Assembly (NCBI GenBank): GCA_048940925.1
Contig: JBHLOC010000022.1
Coordinates: 19,442 to 83,441, forward strand
DNA: 64,000 nucleotides
Reading direction: 5' to 3'
From: Promethearchaeota archaeon
GTDB lineage: Archaea > Asgardarchaeota > Lokiarchaeia > Sigyniarchaeales > SOKP01
The position numbers and the translations under genes are program-made. Shown here piece after piece: positions 18,891-29,600 of this stretch; positions within the stretch are counted from its first letter, which is position 1; the number at the start of each line of letters is the position of its first letter. Under the pieces are notes generated by a model. It had not been told where the DNA came from. It was given only the letters and a program-made list of their open reading frames with translations, and did no database searches.

Positions 18891-19099
18891 ATACTATATT
18901 TCTGTCCAATAATATTTTTTTTTCTATTTATTTTAGATTTAATACTCCTAATTAAATTTGGAAATTCCTCATTTTTCATTCTTTCTCAATAGAAGAAGAG
19001 AAAAAGGCGAGAAACATAAATTTATATTTATCATCTAGGTTATTTAATTAACTGATTAAAAATTGAAACTAAATCTCTCAAATAAACTGTGGTTAAATT

Positions 19100-21952
19100 A
19101 TGGAAGTATTCTTAAAACGGGCAGAAAGACCTTTTAAAGAAAGAATTGGTGAGGAAAAGACATTGTCCCTTTTCGAAAATATAAAAAAAGCAACAAATGA
19201 AATTCCTACTAAATTTAGAAGAGTAATTGGCTCAGATATACCGAAATATCTTTTTAATTTTTCTCGAGAGGTTGAAGAACTATCACCAGAAAATATAGAA
19301 GGAGTTCTAGCCCATGTTTTGATATTTGCGAAATCTCTTAAAGATCTTATTAATAAAGATAGAACCCAAATAACCCAAATTTTAATTAATAGAAGTGGTA
19401 ACAATATGCGTAACCTTCTAGATTTATTAGACAAATTCGCGGAAAAAGCAAAGCAAGGAGATATCATTAATGACGAACTCAATTTTGAAGATATTTTAAC
19501 ATTTGTTGTAGGAGATAAGACAATAATTACAGATCTTAATGAAATAGAATTATTTCTTAAACGTGCTGAAGGAAATTTTTCAGATAAAATTGGTAAGGAA
19601 GAATCTCATCATTATATAGAAAAAATTGCAGAAAAATTGAAAAAAATAGATAATAGTCACAAAGATTACCTCAGCTCAGATATCTCAAAAATTTTATTCA
19701 CTTTTTCACAGAGTATTGATAAAATTTCTACAGATAATTTAAAGAAAATCCTCCATCAGGTAGTATGTTTTACCAACTCGCTTTCTGATTTAGGAAATAA
19801 AACCAAAGATCAAATTGACCAAGAGATAAGGAAAAGGAGTAAAAATCAAGTTCATTCTATAATAGATCTTTGTAAAGCATTAATAGACGCTGCAAACGAA
19901 AATAGAATAATTAAATTATGTGAAACTCTTGATGAAATCCTTATACAGCTATATGGGGAAGAACAAAAACGAATACAATTTACTGACGTTGAAGCTTTTC
20001 TAAAACGAGCTGAAAAGAAGTATGCTATGATATTAGGAGAAGATATGATTCACTTGTTAATGGATGAATTATTGGAGGCTATAAATCAAATCCCAGAACA
20101 ACATAGGGAATATCTTGGTTCTGATCTTGCAAAGTTCCTATTTAAATTCTCAGAAACCGCATCTTTTCACGAACCAGAAAGGATTGAATTAGTATTTAAT
20201 GGAGCTATTATGTTTGCTAAATCTCTAGAAGAGCTAAGCGATCTAAATAATGCGGAAATAAATCAATTTATAATTAATAGATCAAATCATCAAGTTCGGA
20301 GTCTTTTTGAGTTATATAAAGCCTTCTTAGAAAAGATTAAGATTCGTATGCCATTATCTATAGAACCAACATTTGATGAAATTCTCAACCATACTTTAGG
20401 TAGATATAGTGGTCCAAAAGTAATAGAAAAAGGAGGCTTAATCCATGATTTAATGGCAGATTATCATGAAGAAATTCCAATTTCAAAAGAACATGCAAAC
20501 TGGGCTAAAGCGTTATCTGAGATAATCCCAAGATTTCTTGAGATCCTCTCCAATGCGGAAGGTGACCGAATTTTAGATCTTCTTTGGGAGAATAAGTTTC
20601 CAGAGAATCAAGTTATTGATCAATATCAAGAAAAGATTGCGGAGATTCCAAGAGAAAAAGAGAAATTATTTATGTTTAGACTAATGAATATGTTAACTAA
20701 CCAAATTTTAATTGATGATGAAAAAGATAAAGCATTAACTGGAGCATTAGCTTTTAGGATCCTTGGTACCGTTTTTGTTGAGATATATGGTGGACGAAAT
20801 ACTCAAATTAGAGCAATTAGGCTTAGTAGTCTATTAAAAGACAGAAAGGTTTCAAATTATGAAAAAAAGCAGGGTATCGATGACCATATAAACAGGATAC
20901 TTGAAGAGGATCTTAAAGCCATCCAACAAAAAACAATGACAATTAATACAATAATTCCAATTATAACAAAAAAAGGATATTTTATAAAAACATATGATAT
21001 TGTTACAAAAGATTTTCCAGAACTAATACTTAAATTAATCACTTATCGTGAAGAAGAACGTTTAAAAGATATTGGTGCTGACTATAAAAAATCAAGTTTT
21101 GCAGGAGAATTAATACCGCTTGTAAACGAATTTCTGCAAAAACTGGATTTAGCTAATAGATTTTATAAAAAGTATTTTGAAGAACTTAATAAGATTGCAT
21201 TTGATGCACAACAGAATATGCTAATAATCAGAAAATTTTTTAAATTATTAGTTGAGTTAAGGGAAAACTTAGATACCATTGAATTCTATGATTATAAAAT
21301 TGCTAATACAGAACATTCATTATATATCTTGTTACTGAAATATTTATACACTCCTTTATCAGAAGTTTTTGAAACTACAAGAATTATTCTTGATGAACAG
21401 GAGTACCAAAAAAAAATTATGAAACTCGATAAATATCTTAGTAAACAAAAACTGGAGCAACTTCAACTTGATATTAAATTCACAGAACAAAAAATTAGAG
21501 AGTATGAAAATTTTAAGGATTTTGATGCATATCAAAAAATTATGAATTTAACAAAATTTCTTAATAGAGACAAGAATGAAATTAAGTTTTTCGAAATTTT
21601 GTTTAAGCTACTAGATAAATCAGAAAAAATACATGTAATTTTAAAATCAAGATTTGAATTTTCAAAAACACTTTTAAAGTATTCAAATTCTTTGAAAAAA
21701 GTGCATTCAAGCCTTCCAGCAGCATTATCTGAAAATTTGGCTAATTTAAATGAATTTGATCAAGAAATTGATAAAATTATTAGCCAATTAAAGGAAAAAA
21801 GTCTTTCTGGTATACTCTCACCTTTTGAATTTAGAGAAAAAAATGAATCTGCTGAAATGTCGAAGAAAGAATTACTAAATCTATATTCGAATGAGGACTT
21901 CACCCTTCATATTAAGGCTATAGGAGAAATATCAGAAGTTACCCATTTTTAA
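19100..21952 (+). CDS. hypothetical alpha-helical protein with three 148-aa N-terminal tandem repeats
   Basis: 950-aa ORF; ExFLKRAE recurs at nt 19103, 19547 and 19991. Confidence 0.8.
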   Translation: MEVFLKRAERPFKERIGEEKTLSLFENIKKATNEIPTKFRRVIGSDIPKYLFNFSREVEELSPENIEGVLAHVLIFAKSLKDLINKDRTQITQILINRSGNNMRNLLDLLDKFAEKAKQGDIINDELNFEDILTFVVGDKTIITDLNEIELFLKRAEGNFSDKIGKEESHHYIEKIAEKLKKIDNSHKDYLSSDISKILFTFSQSIDKISTDNLKKILHQVVCFTNSLSDLGNKTKDQIDQEIRKRSKNQVHSIIDLCKALIDAANENRIIKLCETLDEILIQLYGEEQKRIQFTDVEAFLKRAEKKYAMILGEDMIHLLMDELLEAINQIPEQHREYLGSDLAKFLFKFSETASFHEPERIELVFNGAIMFAKSLEELSDLNNAEINQFIINRSNHQVRSLFELYKAFLEKIKIRMPLSIEPTFDEILNHTLGRYSGPKVIEKGGLIHDLMADYHEEIPISKEHANWAKALSEIIPRFLEILSNAEGDRILDLLWENKFPENQVIDQYQEKIAEIPREKEKLFMFRLMNMLTNQILIDDEKDKALTGALAFRILGTVFVEIYGGRNTQIRAIRLSSLLKDRKVSNYEKKQGIDDHINRILEEDLKAIQQKTMTINTIIPIITKKGYFIKTYDIVTKDFPELILKLITYREEERLKDIGADYKKSSFAGELIPLVNEFLQKLDLANRFYKKYFEELNKIAFDAQQNMLIIRKFFKLLVELRENLDTIEFYDYKIANTEHSLYILLLKYLYTPLSEVFETTRIILDEQEYQKKIMKLDKYLSKQKLEQLQLDIKFTEQKIREYENFKDFDAYQKIMNLTKFLNRDKNEIKFFEILFKLLDKSEKIHVILKSRFEFSKTLLKYSNSLKKVHSSLPAALSENLANLNEFDQEIDKIISQLKEKSLSGILSPFEFREKNESAEMSKKELLNLYSNEDFTLHIKAIGEISEVTHF
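19103..20400 (+). repeat. three diverged intragenic 444-nt (148-aa) repeats
   Basis: Each unit has ExFLKRAE...SD..K.LF.FS...F..SL.[DE]L...RS......DL/EL...[DE][DE]IL....G. Confidence 0.85.
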
Positions 21953-21966
21953 CAATCTATATTAGT

Positions 21967-23649
21967 TCATTTTTTCGATTTCTTATACTTTATACATTCT
22001 TTTATGAAATCGAAATACAATGGAGATGGTTTATATGGTCTTGATTTGAATTCAGGATGAAATTGTACTCCAACCATCCAATGATCTTTTCTATTCAGTT
22101 CAATACTGTTTATTATTTTACCAGTTTCATCTCGACTAGAAACAACCATACCTTTATTTTTAGCTTCATCGGTAATAAAACGCTCTTGAATATGAAATCT
22201 GTGTCTAAATCTTTCTAAAATTAATTTCTTTTTATATGCTTCAAATAATTTTGTACCCTCTTCCACTATTATTTTTTGTGCTCCTAATCTCATAGTGCCT
22301 CCTTTTTCTGTAACACTCTTCTGACTTTCTAAAAGATCTATTACAGGATAAGGAGTCTCAGGGACGATTTCTGTAGAATGGGCCTTATTCAGTCCCAAAT
22401 ATTTCCTGCAAAAAGCTACAAAAAATAGTTGGGCTCCAAAACAAATACCGAGAAATGGGATTTTCTTTTCCATGGCATATTCCGCAGATTCAATCATTCC
22501 TTCTACAGCTCGTTCGCCAAATCCAGGTGTTAATAGTATTCCATCACAATCACTTAGTTCCTCCTGAATCTTAGTATTTTTTTCTATGTTTATCATCTTC
22601 AATTCTGTTTTATACCCATGATGAGCGGCAGCATCCTCTAAAGCAACATTAATAGAAATATAGGAATCAGATATATTGAAATATTTGCCTGGCATTGCTA
22701 TTTTTACAGAATCCTTGGTTTTTTTGAATAATTCAACCATTTTTACCCATTCTGAATAATTAGTAACTTCGCTATAAGATACCAATTTTGCTTTAAGATC
22801 TATTAGCTCACAAATTAAATCTCCTAATCCTTGTTCTTCAAATAGTAAAGGCAATTCATATACTATGTCCAAATCTGGATTTGAAATTACTGCATTTTCA
22901 GGTACATTTGAATATAAAGATATTTTGCGCTTTATGTCCTTATCCAAAGGTTTTTCACTTCTCCCAATTATTATATCAGGTTGCAATCCAATACTTTGAA
23001 GCATCTTTACAGAATGTTGAGTTGGTTTAGACTTTTGTTGGCCTACCGCTCTAGAATAAGGAACAAGTGTGACATGTACAAAAGCTGTTTGTTTAGGTAA
23101 TTCTAATTTTATTTGTCGAAAAGCCTCTAAGAAGATACTTGATTCTAAATCCCCTACAGTTCCACCGCATTCAATTAATAATACATCTAAGTCTTCTTGT
23201 TCTGCAATTTCCATTAATCTTTCTTTAATTATGTCAGTAACATGGGGAATAATCTGAACAGTTTTTCCTAAAAATTTGCCTTTCCTTTCACTAAGGATTG
23301 TAGAAAGATAAATTTGCCCTGAAGTTATATTTTGAGAAGGGTGCATCTCTATACCAAGGATTCGAGAATAAGTGCCGAAATCTTGGTCAATTTCTGATAT
23401 TCGGTAAGATCTTTCATCAGATTCAAACACAGGTTTGAATTCCCATATATTTTCAGTTATGAAACATTCTCCATGCTCAATTGGGTTTAGGGTACCTGGA
23501 TCTATATTTAAGTAGGGATCTATTTTAACTACAGATACTTTAAAGCCACGAAATTGAAGTACCTTACCGATACTTGCTGTTGCAACTCCTTTTCCTATTC
23601 CTGACATTACTCCTCCTGTCACAAATACGAATTTACTACTTGCATTCAT
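21967..23649 (-). CDS. pyrG: CTP synthase (glutamine-hydrolysing)
   Basis: FVTGGVMSGIGKG, KIDPYLNIDPGT, GGTVGD, KSKPTQ; GATase residues GIC and QFHPE; start set at MNASSKFVF. Confidence 0.96.
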   Translation of the reverse strand: MNASSKFVFVTGGVMSGIGKGVATASIGKVLQFRGFKVSVVKIDPYLNIDPGTLNPIEHGECFITENIWEFKPVFESDERSYRISEIDQDFGTYSRILGIEMHPSQNITSGQIYLSTILSERKGKFLGKTVQIIPHVTDIIKERLMEIAEQEDLDVLLIECGGTVGDLESSIFLEAFRQIKLELPKQTAFVHVTLVPYSRAVGQQKSKPTQHSVKMLQSIGLQPDIIIGRSEKPLDKDIKRKISLYSNVPENAVISNPDLDIVYELPLLFEEQGLGDLICELIDLKAKLVSYSEVTNYSEWVKMVELFKKTKDSVKIAMPGKYFNISDSYISINVALEDAAAHHGYKTELKMINIEKNTKIQEELSDCDGILLTPGFGERAVEGMIESAEYAMEKKIPFLGICFGAQLFFVAFCRKYLGLNKAHSTEIVPETPYPVIDLLESQKSVTEKGGTMRLGAQKIIVEEGTKLFEAYKKKLILERFRHRFHIQERFITDEAKNKGMVVSSRDETGKIINSIELNRKDHWMVGVQFHPEFKSRPYKPSPLYFDFIKECIKYKKSKK

Positions 23650-24095
23650 AATTTCTACTTTCTTAGCAACATTTTTATCATTTTTCAAAATAAAATTATA
23701 AAAATAAACCAATTATTAAAAGAATTACTAATTCACTACAATATTATAAGTTATTTCCATATAAAACTTAAGTCTCTAAAACTAATTAATGATTTGAATA
23801 CAGTTTGAAAATTAGAGTGTTTAAAAAATTCGGATTCACCTTCTTTTTTTATGGTATTAAAGGAGAATGATAGTTTCCAGATGCATAATCATGTTACAAA
23901 TAATCTTTTTGATGAAAAATTAGGATCTGATTTAATATTAAGCCCTATTCTTCTTAAACCAGCTATTTCTGAAATACTCTTAGATTGCTCTTTTAGTTAT
24001 TTTTTATTGTCAAAATGGAATTTTTTAAAGGTCATTTTAATATAATTAAGACATATTTAGGAGAAATCTTGGGGATTGAGTAATAATTATTCGAA

Positions 24096-24917
24096 TCATT
24101 TACCCTTAAAGCGCGGTTCTTCCTTAGTGACTAATGATTTTGTAGCTGCTCTAAAATCACTCGTCTTCATTAAATCCCTAAGTCCTTCATTTTCTAAATC
24201 TAATGTATTTGAAATAATATTTTTAAAATAATCATGCATTACTTTCTTCATTCTTCCGATCGCTACACTCGGACCTTTAGGAGGTATCAAACGCAGAGCT
24301 TGATTTCTTGCGTAGGGCATGAGCTTATCCTGAGCTAACACTTTATTTACTAAACCAAGTTTTTCTGCGTCTTTTGCAGTAATTTTATCCCCAAAATAGA
24401 TTATTTCCTTCGCCTTTTGGAATCCTACTAAATATGGTAATACAAAAGATGAACTAAATTCTGGAATAACAGCGCGTTTTACAAAATAGAAACCTAACCA
24501 CGCATCTTCTGACATGTAAATTAAATCAGCACCGACTAAGGGCATTGTAATGCCAATCCCCACCGCCAAACCATTAATGACAGCAATCACAGGCTTATTA
24601 AAATTCCACATCTTCACACATAATTTTTTCTGAGCGATATCCATTAAATCTACTTCCTTCATTATTTCTTCTGGTATAGATGTTATATACTTCATATTAA
24701 AGTAGCCCCCGGATGAAAATGCATTAGCCTCTTTACACCCTGTCATTATAAGAACTCTAGCATTCTTATCTTTTTCCATATCATCAATCACAGTGTATAT
24801 TTCTAAGAATGTGACAAAAGACAACGCATTTCTTCTTTTTGGAATGTTAAAAGTGAGTGTGCAAATTCCATTATCTTCTTTTTCATAAATAACTTCACTT
24901 AAATCTTCTATATTCAT
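24096..24917 (-). CDS. crotonase-fold enoyl-CoA isomerase/hydratase (ECI2/PaaG-like)
   Basis: KPVIAVING.AVG.G, F...AVIPEFSSS, AEKLGLVN, PRFKGK. Confidence 0.88.
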   Translation of the reverse strand: MNIEDLSEVIYEKEDNGICTLTFNIPKRRNALSFVTFLEIYTVIDDMEKDKNARVLIMTGCKEANAFSSGGYFNMKYITSIPEEIMKEVDLMDIAQKKLCVKMWNFNKPVIAVINGLAVGIGITMPLVGADLIYMSEDAWLGFYFVKRAVIPEFSSSFVLPYLVGFQKAKEIIYFGDKITAKDAEKLGLVNKVLAQDKLMPYARNQALRLIPPKGPSVAIGRMKKVMHDYFKNIISNTLDLENEGLRDLMKTSDFRAATKSLVTKEEPRFKGK

Positions 24918-24976
24918 TATACACCAGCTTTACTTAATAATTTTTAAATCCATAATTAAATAAGAAGATAAAATAG

Positions 24977-26257
24977 TTATAACATCTTAAATAGTTGTCT
25001 TAGCGCTAAACTCATGATATAATCTTGAATTTGGGAAGTACCACCACCAACTCGGTGAATTCTGGAAATACCTAACAAATCCTGCATTAAAGTATTATCA
25101 CACAACCCTGCACCCCCCATTAAATCTGCACATCCATAACAAACTCTTTCTGTTAATTTTGCACTCTGAGACTTCAACTGTGACGCTGTCGCCATAAGTG
25201 CTAAATTAAAATTCTTAGGTAATGTACCAAACTGCTCATATTTTTCATCGATTAATTGGCATATGTGCAAAGCTGCTAAAGTCAGATTCATCGTTTTTGC
25301 CCACATCTCTGCTAATGGAAATCCAACTCCTTGATATTTTAAAATTTCTTGATCGAATTGTTTTCTCATATTTGCATATATAGTTGCATGAGAGATTGCA
25401 TTCCACGCTTCTGCAATATTAAGCAAAACTATACCTAACCTTTCTATATTTAATCCTTCAAAAAGATGCTCTCTACCTAATCCTGGTGCGCCTAAAACAT
25501 ATTCTGAAGGAATTCTTAAATTTGTAAAAACTTCTTTTCCTATAAATAATCTGGGTGTCCAAGGAATATTTATCCTTTCAACATTCCATCCTTCCCAAGA
25601 AGTATCCACTAATAATTGAGTCATAGTATTTCCATTGTTCTTTTCAGTAACAGCATAAACTATTGCCCAATCTGCTTTGACACCATTAGTTTGATATATT
25701 TTTTCTCCATTCAAAGTAAAGCTACCATCTTCATTTTCTTCACAGGTTGTTAACATATGAACCGCATCAGAACCTCTTTCTGGTTCTGTAATACAAATAC
25801 AACCAATTTTTTTTCCAGTTACTAATTCTTTAAGTGCTTTCAAGCGTATCTCGATATCCTCATTATGCAATATTAAAGGATTTATTACTAATATATTAGC
25901 GCCCATTCCCATAGTTAATTGGGGGTCGAAAAAATCAGTAGCAAGAATTCTCATACATTCTACAGTCATTCCATACGGCTCATAATTTAGATCTAATTCG
26001 CTAAAATTACTCATTCGTGTAACTAACCCTTCCTTACCAATCTCTGGGATCCAATCATAGAAATCTTCATTGTGAGTAATATTATGTTCTTTTTCAAATC
26101 TAAGGAAAAACTTTTGAGCTTTTTTCAAAAAATTAAAGTGTTTGGGTTTTAAAATACTCATCAAATTGTTGTTAAGAAAATTGTAGCGATTTTTTAAGCT
26201 CATCTTTTCAAGTATTTCATCATTTATACACTGAACTTGTCCTTTCTTATTTACCAT
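24977..26257 (-). CDS. acyl-CoA dehydrogenase
   Basis: ITEPERGSDA, LNGEK, RKQF, MGGAG, GGGTSQIQ; catalytic Glu probably in LNIER (IVD/LCAD-type position). Confidence 0.9.
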   Translation of the reverse strand: MVNKKGQVQCINDEILEKMSLKNRYNFLNNNLMSILKPKHFNFLKKAQKFFLRFEKEHNITHNEDFYDWIPEIGKEGLVTRMSNFSELDLNYEPYGMTVECMRILATDFFDPQLTMGMGANILVINPLILHNEDIEIRLKALKELVTGKKIGCICITEPERGSDAVHMLTTCEENEDGSFTLNGEKIYQTNGVKADWAIVYAVTEKNNGNTMTQLLVDTSWEGWNVERINIPWTPRLFIGKEVFTNLRIPSEYVLGAPGLGREHLFEGLNIERLGIVLLNIAEAWNAISHATIYANMRKQFDQEILKYQGVGFPLAEMWAKTMNLTLAALHICQLIDEKYEQFGTLPKNFNLALMATASQLKSQSAKLTERVCYGCADLMGGAGLCDNTLMQDLLGISRIHRVGGGTSQIQDYIMSLALRQLFKML

Positions 26258-26365
26258 AAATATAACTCTCTATTTTATTATTTAAAATTTAATTATGATT
26301 AGTATTAGTTTAAACTCCTAAAATATTTTTATCATAAGGAATCCAAAAAACTAAAAAGATTTGAA

Positions 26366-27577
26366 TTAGTCAAACTCGAATGCAACTTTAATTGAATTAT
26401 ACTTACTTTTATTTGAAGCAACTTCCAATGCTTCTTGATAATTATCTAAGGAAAATTTATGAGTAAGGAAATCACTAACATCAACATGACCTGAAGATAT
26501 TAATTCGAGTGCAATTTGCATGGTTCTCTGCTTCTCCCCATTGATAATTTCAGTTCCAAAAGTGTTTGATGCAGTAATAGTGATTTCCTTAGCCATGATA
26601 GGTGTCCAATCAACTTCAATGTTAGCAGGATAACCTATAAGAATTACAGTTCCCTTAGGTTTTACTAATCGCAGACTAGTAGTTAAAGATGATGGATTAC
26701 CAACACAGTCAAAAACAATATCTGCTCCACCACCTACTAGTAGAGGATCTTGTAGTGGAGGAGAGACAGTTCTTGCTCCTAACTTTTTTGCGATTCTCCT
26801 AATAATAACGCTTCCTTTTACCAATAATACTTCATCTGCGCCAAATTTTGCAGCAAGATCAATTTGAGATTGTCTTATATCAATGGCAATAATTTTGCAT
26901 TTAGAAAATCTTTTCAATGCTATAATTGAGGCTAATCCCATAACTCCACATCCAACAACAACTACTTTTTCATAATCTTTGGGAAGTTTTTTAAAAACAC
27001 CATGTATTGAACCAGCTAAAGGTTCAGATATTAATGCATTTTCGAAAGAGACAGAATCAGGTATCTTTAAAATTTGACTTTTATGTGCAACAATAAATTC
27101 TCCCCACCCTCCCCCAGTATCTCTACATAATCCAATAAACAATGCTGGTGCAATATCACCTTTATCGAAGTTATAACAAAGACTAAAATCTCCATTTTTA
27201 CAAGCATTACATAATTCAAGTCCCCTTGGCTCACAACTGAGAACCTCATCAACTAGCACTCTATCTCCGATTGTTAGATTTTTTATATTATCCCCGACTT
27301 CTACTATTGTACCTACGATTTCATGTCCAAGAACTCCAGGACTTGATACAAAATTGAGCTGATAACTAGATTGTTTAATCTTTAAAATATGAATATCTGT
27401 ACCACAAATCCCTCCTAATTTTACCTTAATTTTGACCCAATCTTCATTAATTAATTCTGGTGCAGGAATATCTTCAAATGAAACTAATTCATAAATTTTT
27501 GGTTCGAAATTAGGATCTTTTATTTTCTTACTGAGTAGTTCTAAAAATTTTTCAGCATGAGTAATTAACGCTTTCAT
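26366..27577 (-). CDS. zinc-binding alcohol dehydrogenase (MDR family)
   Basis: GICGTD, GHE.VG, four structural Cys, GCGVMG. Confidence 0.9.
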   Translation of the reverse strand: MKALITHAEKFLELLSKKIKDPNFEPKIYELVSFEDIPAPELINEDWVKIKVKLGGICGTDIHILKIKQSSYQLNFVSSPGVLGHEIVGTIVEVGDNIKNLTIGDRVLVDEVLSCEPRGLELCNACKNGDFSLCYNFDKGDIAPALFIGLCRDTGGGWGEFIVAHKSQILKIPDSVSFENALISEPLAGSIHGVFKKLPKDYEKVVVVGCGVMGLASIIALKRFSKCKIIAIDIRQSQIDLAAKFGADEVLLVKGSVIIRRIAKKLGARTVSPPLQDPLLVGGGADIVFDCVGNPSSLTTSLRLVKPKGTVILIGYPANIEVDWTPIMAKEITITASNTFGTEIINGEKQRTMQIALELISSGHVDVSDFLTHKFSLDNYQEALEVASNKSKYNSIKVAFEFD

Positions 27578-27660
27578 AATGCAAGATTTAATCTAATTAT
27601 AGTTAAATTTTTTCAATTTTATAATTTAAACTCCTATTTGTGGGAAAAAATAAAAAAAAA

Positions 27661-29382
27661 TTATAAAACTCCCATTGTAAGTAGTAATTTTGTACCATCT
27701 GGAGTGTCAAATTTTATTTTTACATCTAAAACTGCTGGTTTGCCTGAGTTTTTAGCTCGTTCAAGTGCAGGTGTAATTTCTTTAGGATCTGTAATAACTT
27801 CCCCATAACATCCAAAAGCTTCAGCAACTTTGGCATAATTGAATTCTGGTAACTCCGTATCTATATATCGTTTACCACATGCCAGTTTTTGACCTGATTT
27901 AATCATCCCCCAGGCACTATTATTAGCAATCACGTAAATTAGATTTTTTAGTTTTAACCTCACAGCTGTCTCAAGATCTTGGATATTAATCATGAAACTT
28001 CCATCACCAGATAATGAAATCACTTGTTTATTAGGTTTTGCTAATTTAGCACCAATACCATAAGGAACAGATGTTCCTAAGTGTCCCATTCCTACAGAAT
28101 TTAAAATTGAAAGCGGACCTAGAGATTTATAAAAATCTATTTGTTCCATTGTATAGCATGTAAGATCTCCTGCATCAATTATTAATATTCCATCTTCCTC
28201 TATATATTCAAGGACGTCTTTTATTAACCTTTGCGGTAAGATGGGTACTTTATCTCTTGAAATCTTTTTAATATTAGCATTAATTTGATTTTGTCTTATG
28301 GTTACTAATTTTTCCAACCACTCTCTCTTCTCAACTTTTTCGATTTTCTTTACTTCTTCAAGAATCTGATTCAAAAACATTTTGCAATCTCCAATTATTC
28401 CCAGAGTAAGTGGTTTATTTCGCCCTATGATAGTTGGATCAATATCTACTTGGATCATCTTTTGTGAGTCTTTCCAAAAAGGTTCTTGACCATGTCCTAA
28501 CACATGTGAGAATCTGACTCCAAGTGCTAAAATTACATCCGCGTCTGCTGTTGCTGTCATTGCAGGACCAGCTAATGTTGCTCCAATTAAGCATTTCGAC
28601 CTATTTGTTATTGTACCTATACCCATTATTGAAGTGATGACAGGGATTTGTAAATATTCTGCAAATTCAGTTAATTCATCCCAACCCTTTGCTCTTGAAA
28701 CACCCCCACCGGATATTATCAAGGGTTTTTCAGCCTTTAATAGAATATCTAATGATTTTTTTATTAGTTCACTATCAATAGCGGGATTATCAATAGCCCT
28801 ATATCTTTCCGCAGGTAAAATGATAATTTTATCTTCTTCAATTTCTTCGATAAATGCATCTTCAAAAATCTCTAGTAAGACGGGTCTTGGGTGACCGCTG
28901 TTCGCTTCTCTGAATACTTTATGAACAGCATCAGGGATCTCTTCAAGTTTTCTAATGCTTTTTTGATATTTTGTAATTGGTGTAAACAAGGTTATTTGGT
29001 CAAGATTTCCCTGTAGTGTGTGTGTATCTTCATATTTACTATTTACCTGAGGTACAAGTGCAATTACAGGTATACTGTCACTCCAGGCTGCACCGACACC
29101 AGGGACGAGATGTGTTGCTCCAGGACCTACTGTTCCAAAACAAATTCCAGGAGTATTTGTTACTCGAGCCCATGCATCAGCTGCATGTGCAGCTGCTTGT
29201 TCATGCCTAAATAGTATAGTATTGATTCCCTTTTCTTTTCCCCATCTGTATATAGCATCATACATAGCTAATAATTGACCACCAGGAATCCCAAACAAAT
29301 ATTTAACGTTTTCTTGGAGAAGACATTTTATTAAAACGTCTCCACCATTGATCTTCTTCTTTTCTTCTGTCAAAATTGTCAC
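27661..29382 (-). CDS. thiamine-pyrophosphate enzyme (acetolactate synthase / 2-hydroxyacyl-CoA lyase-like)
   Basis: FGIPGG, RHEQAAAHAAD, GPG, GDGSF...NN TPP motif. Confidence 0.88.
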   Translation of the reverse strand: MTILTEEKKKINGGDVLIKCLLQENVKYLFGIPGGQLLAMYDAIYRWGKEKGINTILFRHEQAAAHAADAWARVTNTPGICFGTVGPGATHLVPGVGAAWSDSIPVIALVPQVNSKYEDTHTLQGNLDQITLFTPITKYQKSIRKLEEIPDAVHKVFREANSGHPRPVLLEIFEDAFIEEIEEDKIIILPAERYRAIDNPAIDSELIKKSLDILLKAEKPLIISGGGVSRAKGWDELTEFAEYLQIPVITSIMGIGTITNRSKCLIGATLAGPAMTATADADVILALGVRFSHVLGHGQEPFWKDSQKMIQVDIDPTIIGRNKPLTLGIIGDCKMFLNQILEEVKKIEKVEKREWLEKLVTIRQNQINANIKKISRDKVPILPQRLIKDVLEYIEEDGILIIDAGDLTCYTMEQIDFYKSLGPLSILNSVGMGHLGTSVPYGIGAKLAKPNKQVISLSGDGSFMINIQDLETAVRLKLKNLIYVIANNSAWGMIKSGQKLACGKRYIDTELPEFNYAKVAEAFGCYGEVITDPKEITPALERAKNSGKPAVLDVKIKFDTPDGTKLLLTMGVL

Positions 29383-29600
29383 TTTATATTATGTTTTTCT
29401 TAATAATTGATATTAATCTTGTTTTTTTAATAATTTATTCATAAAACTCCCATCGAAGATGCTAATTTCATAAATTCAGGAGTTACAAACTTTATCTTTA
29501 CATCCAATAAATTTGATAATCAATTATATAAACACAGTAAAATAATGAGGATAAATAATTCATCAGTAAAATCTCATTGGAATTTTTTGTATAAGATGAA

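Noticed and set aside
23851-24045. 64-aa + strand ORF between pyrG and the crotonase gene
   Set aside because: No motif or clear SD; may be a relic but is unsupported.
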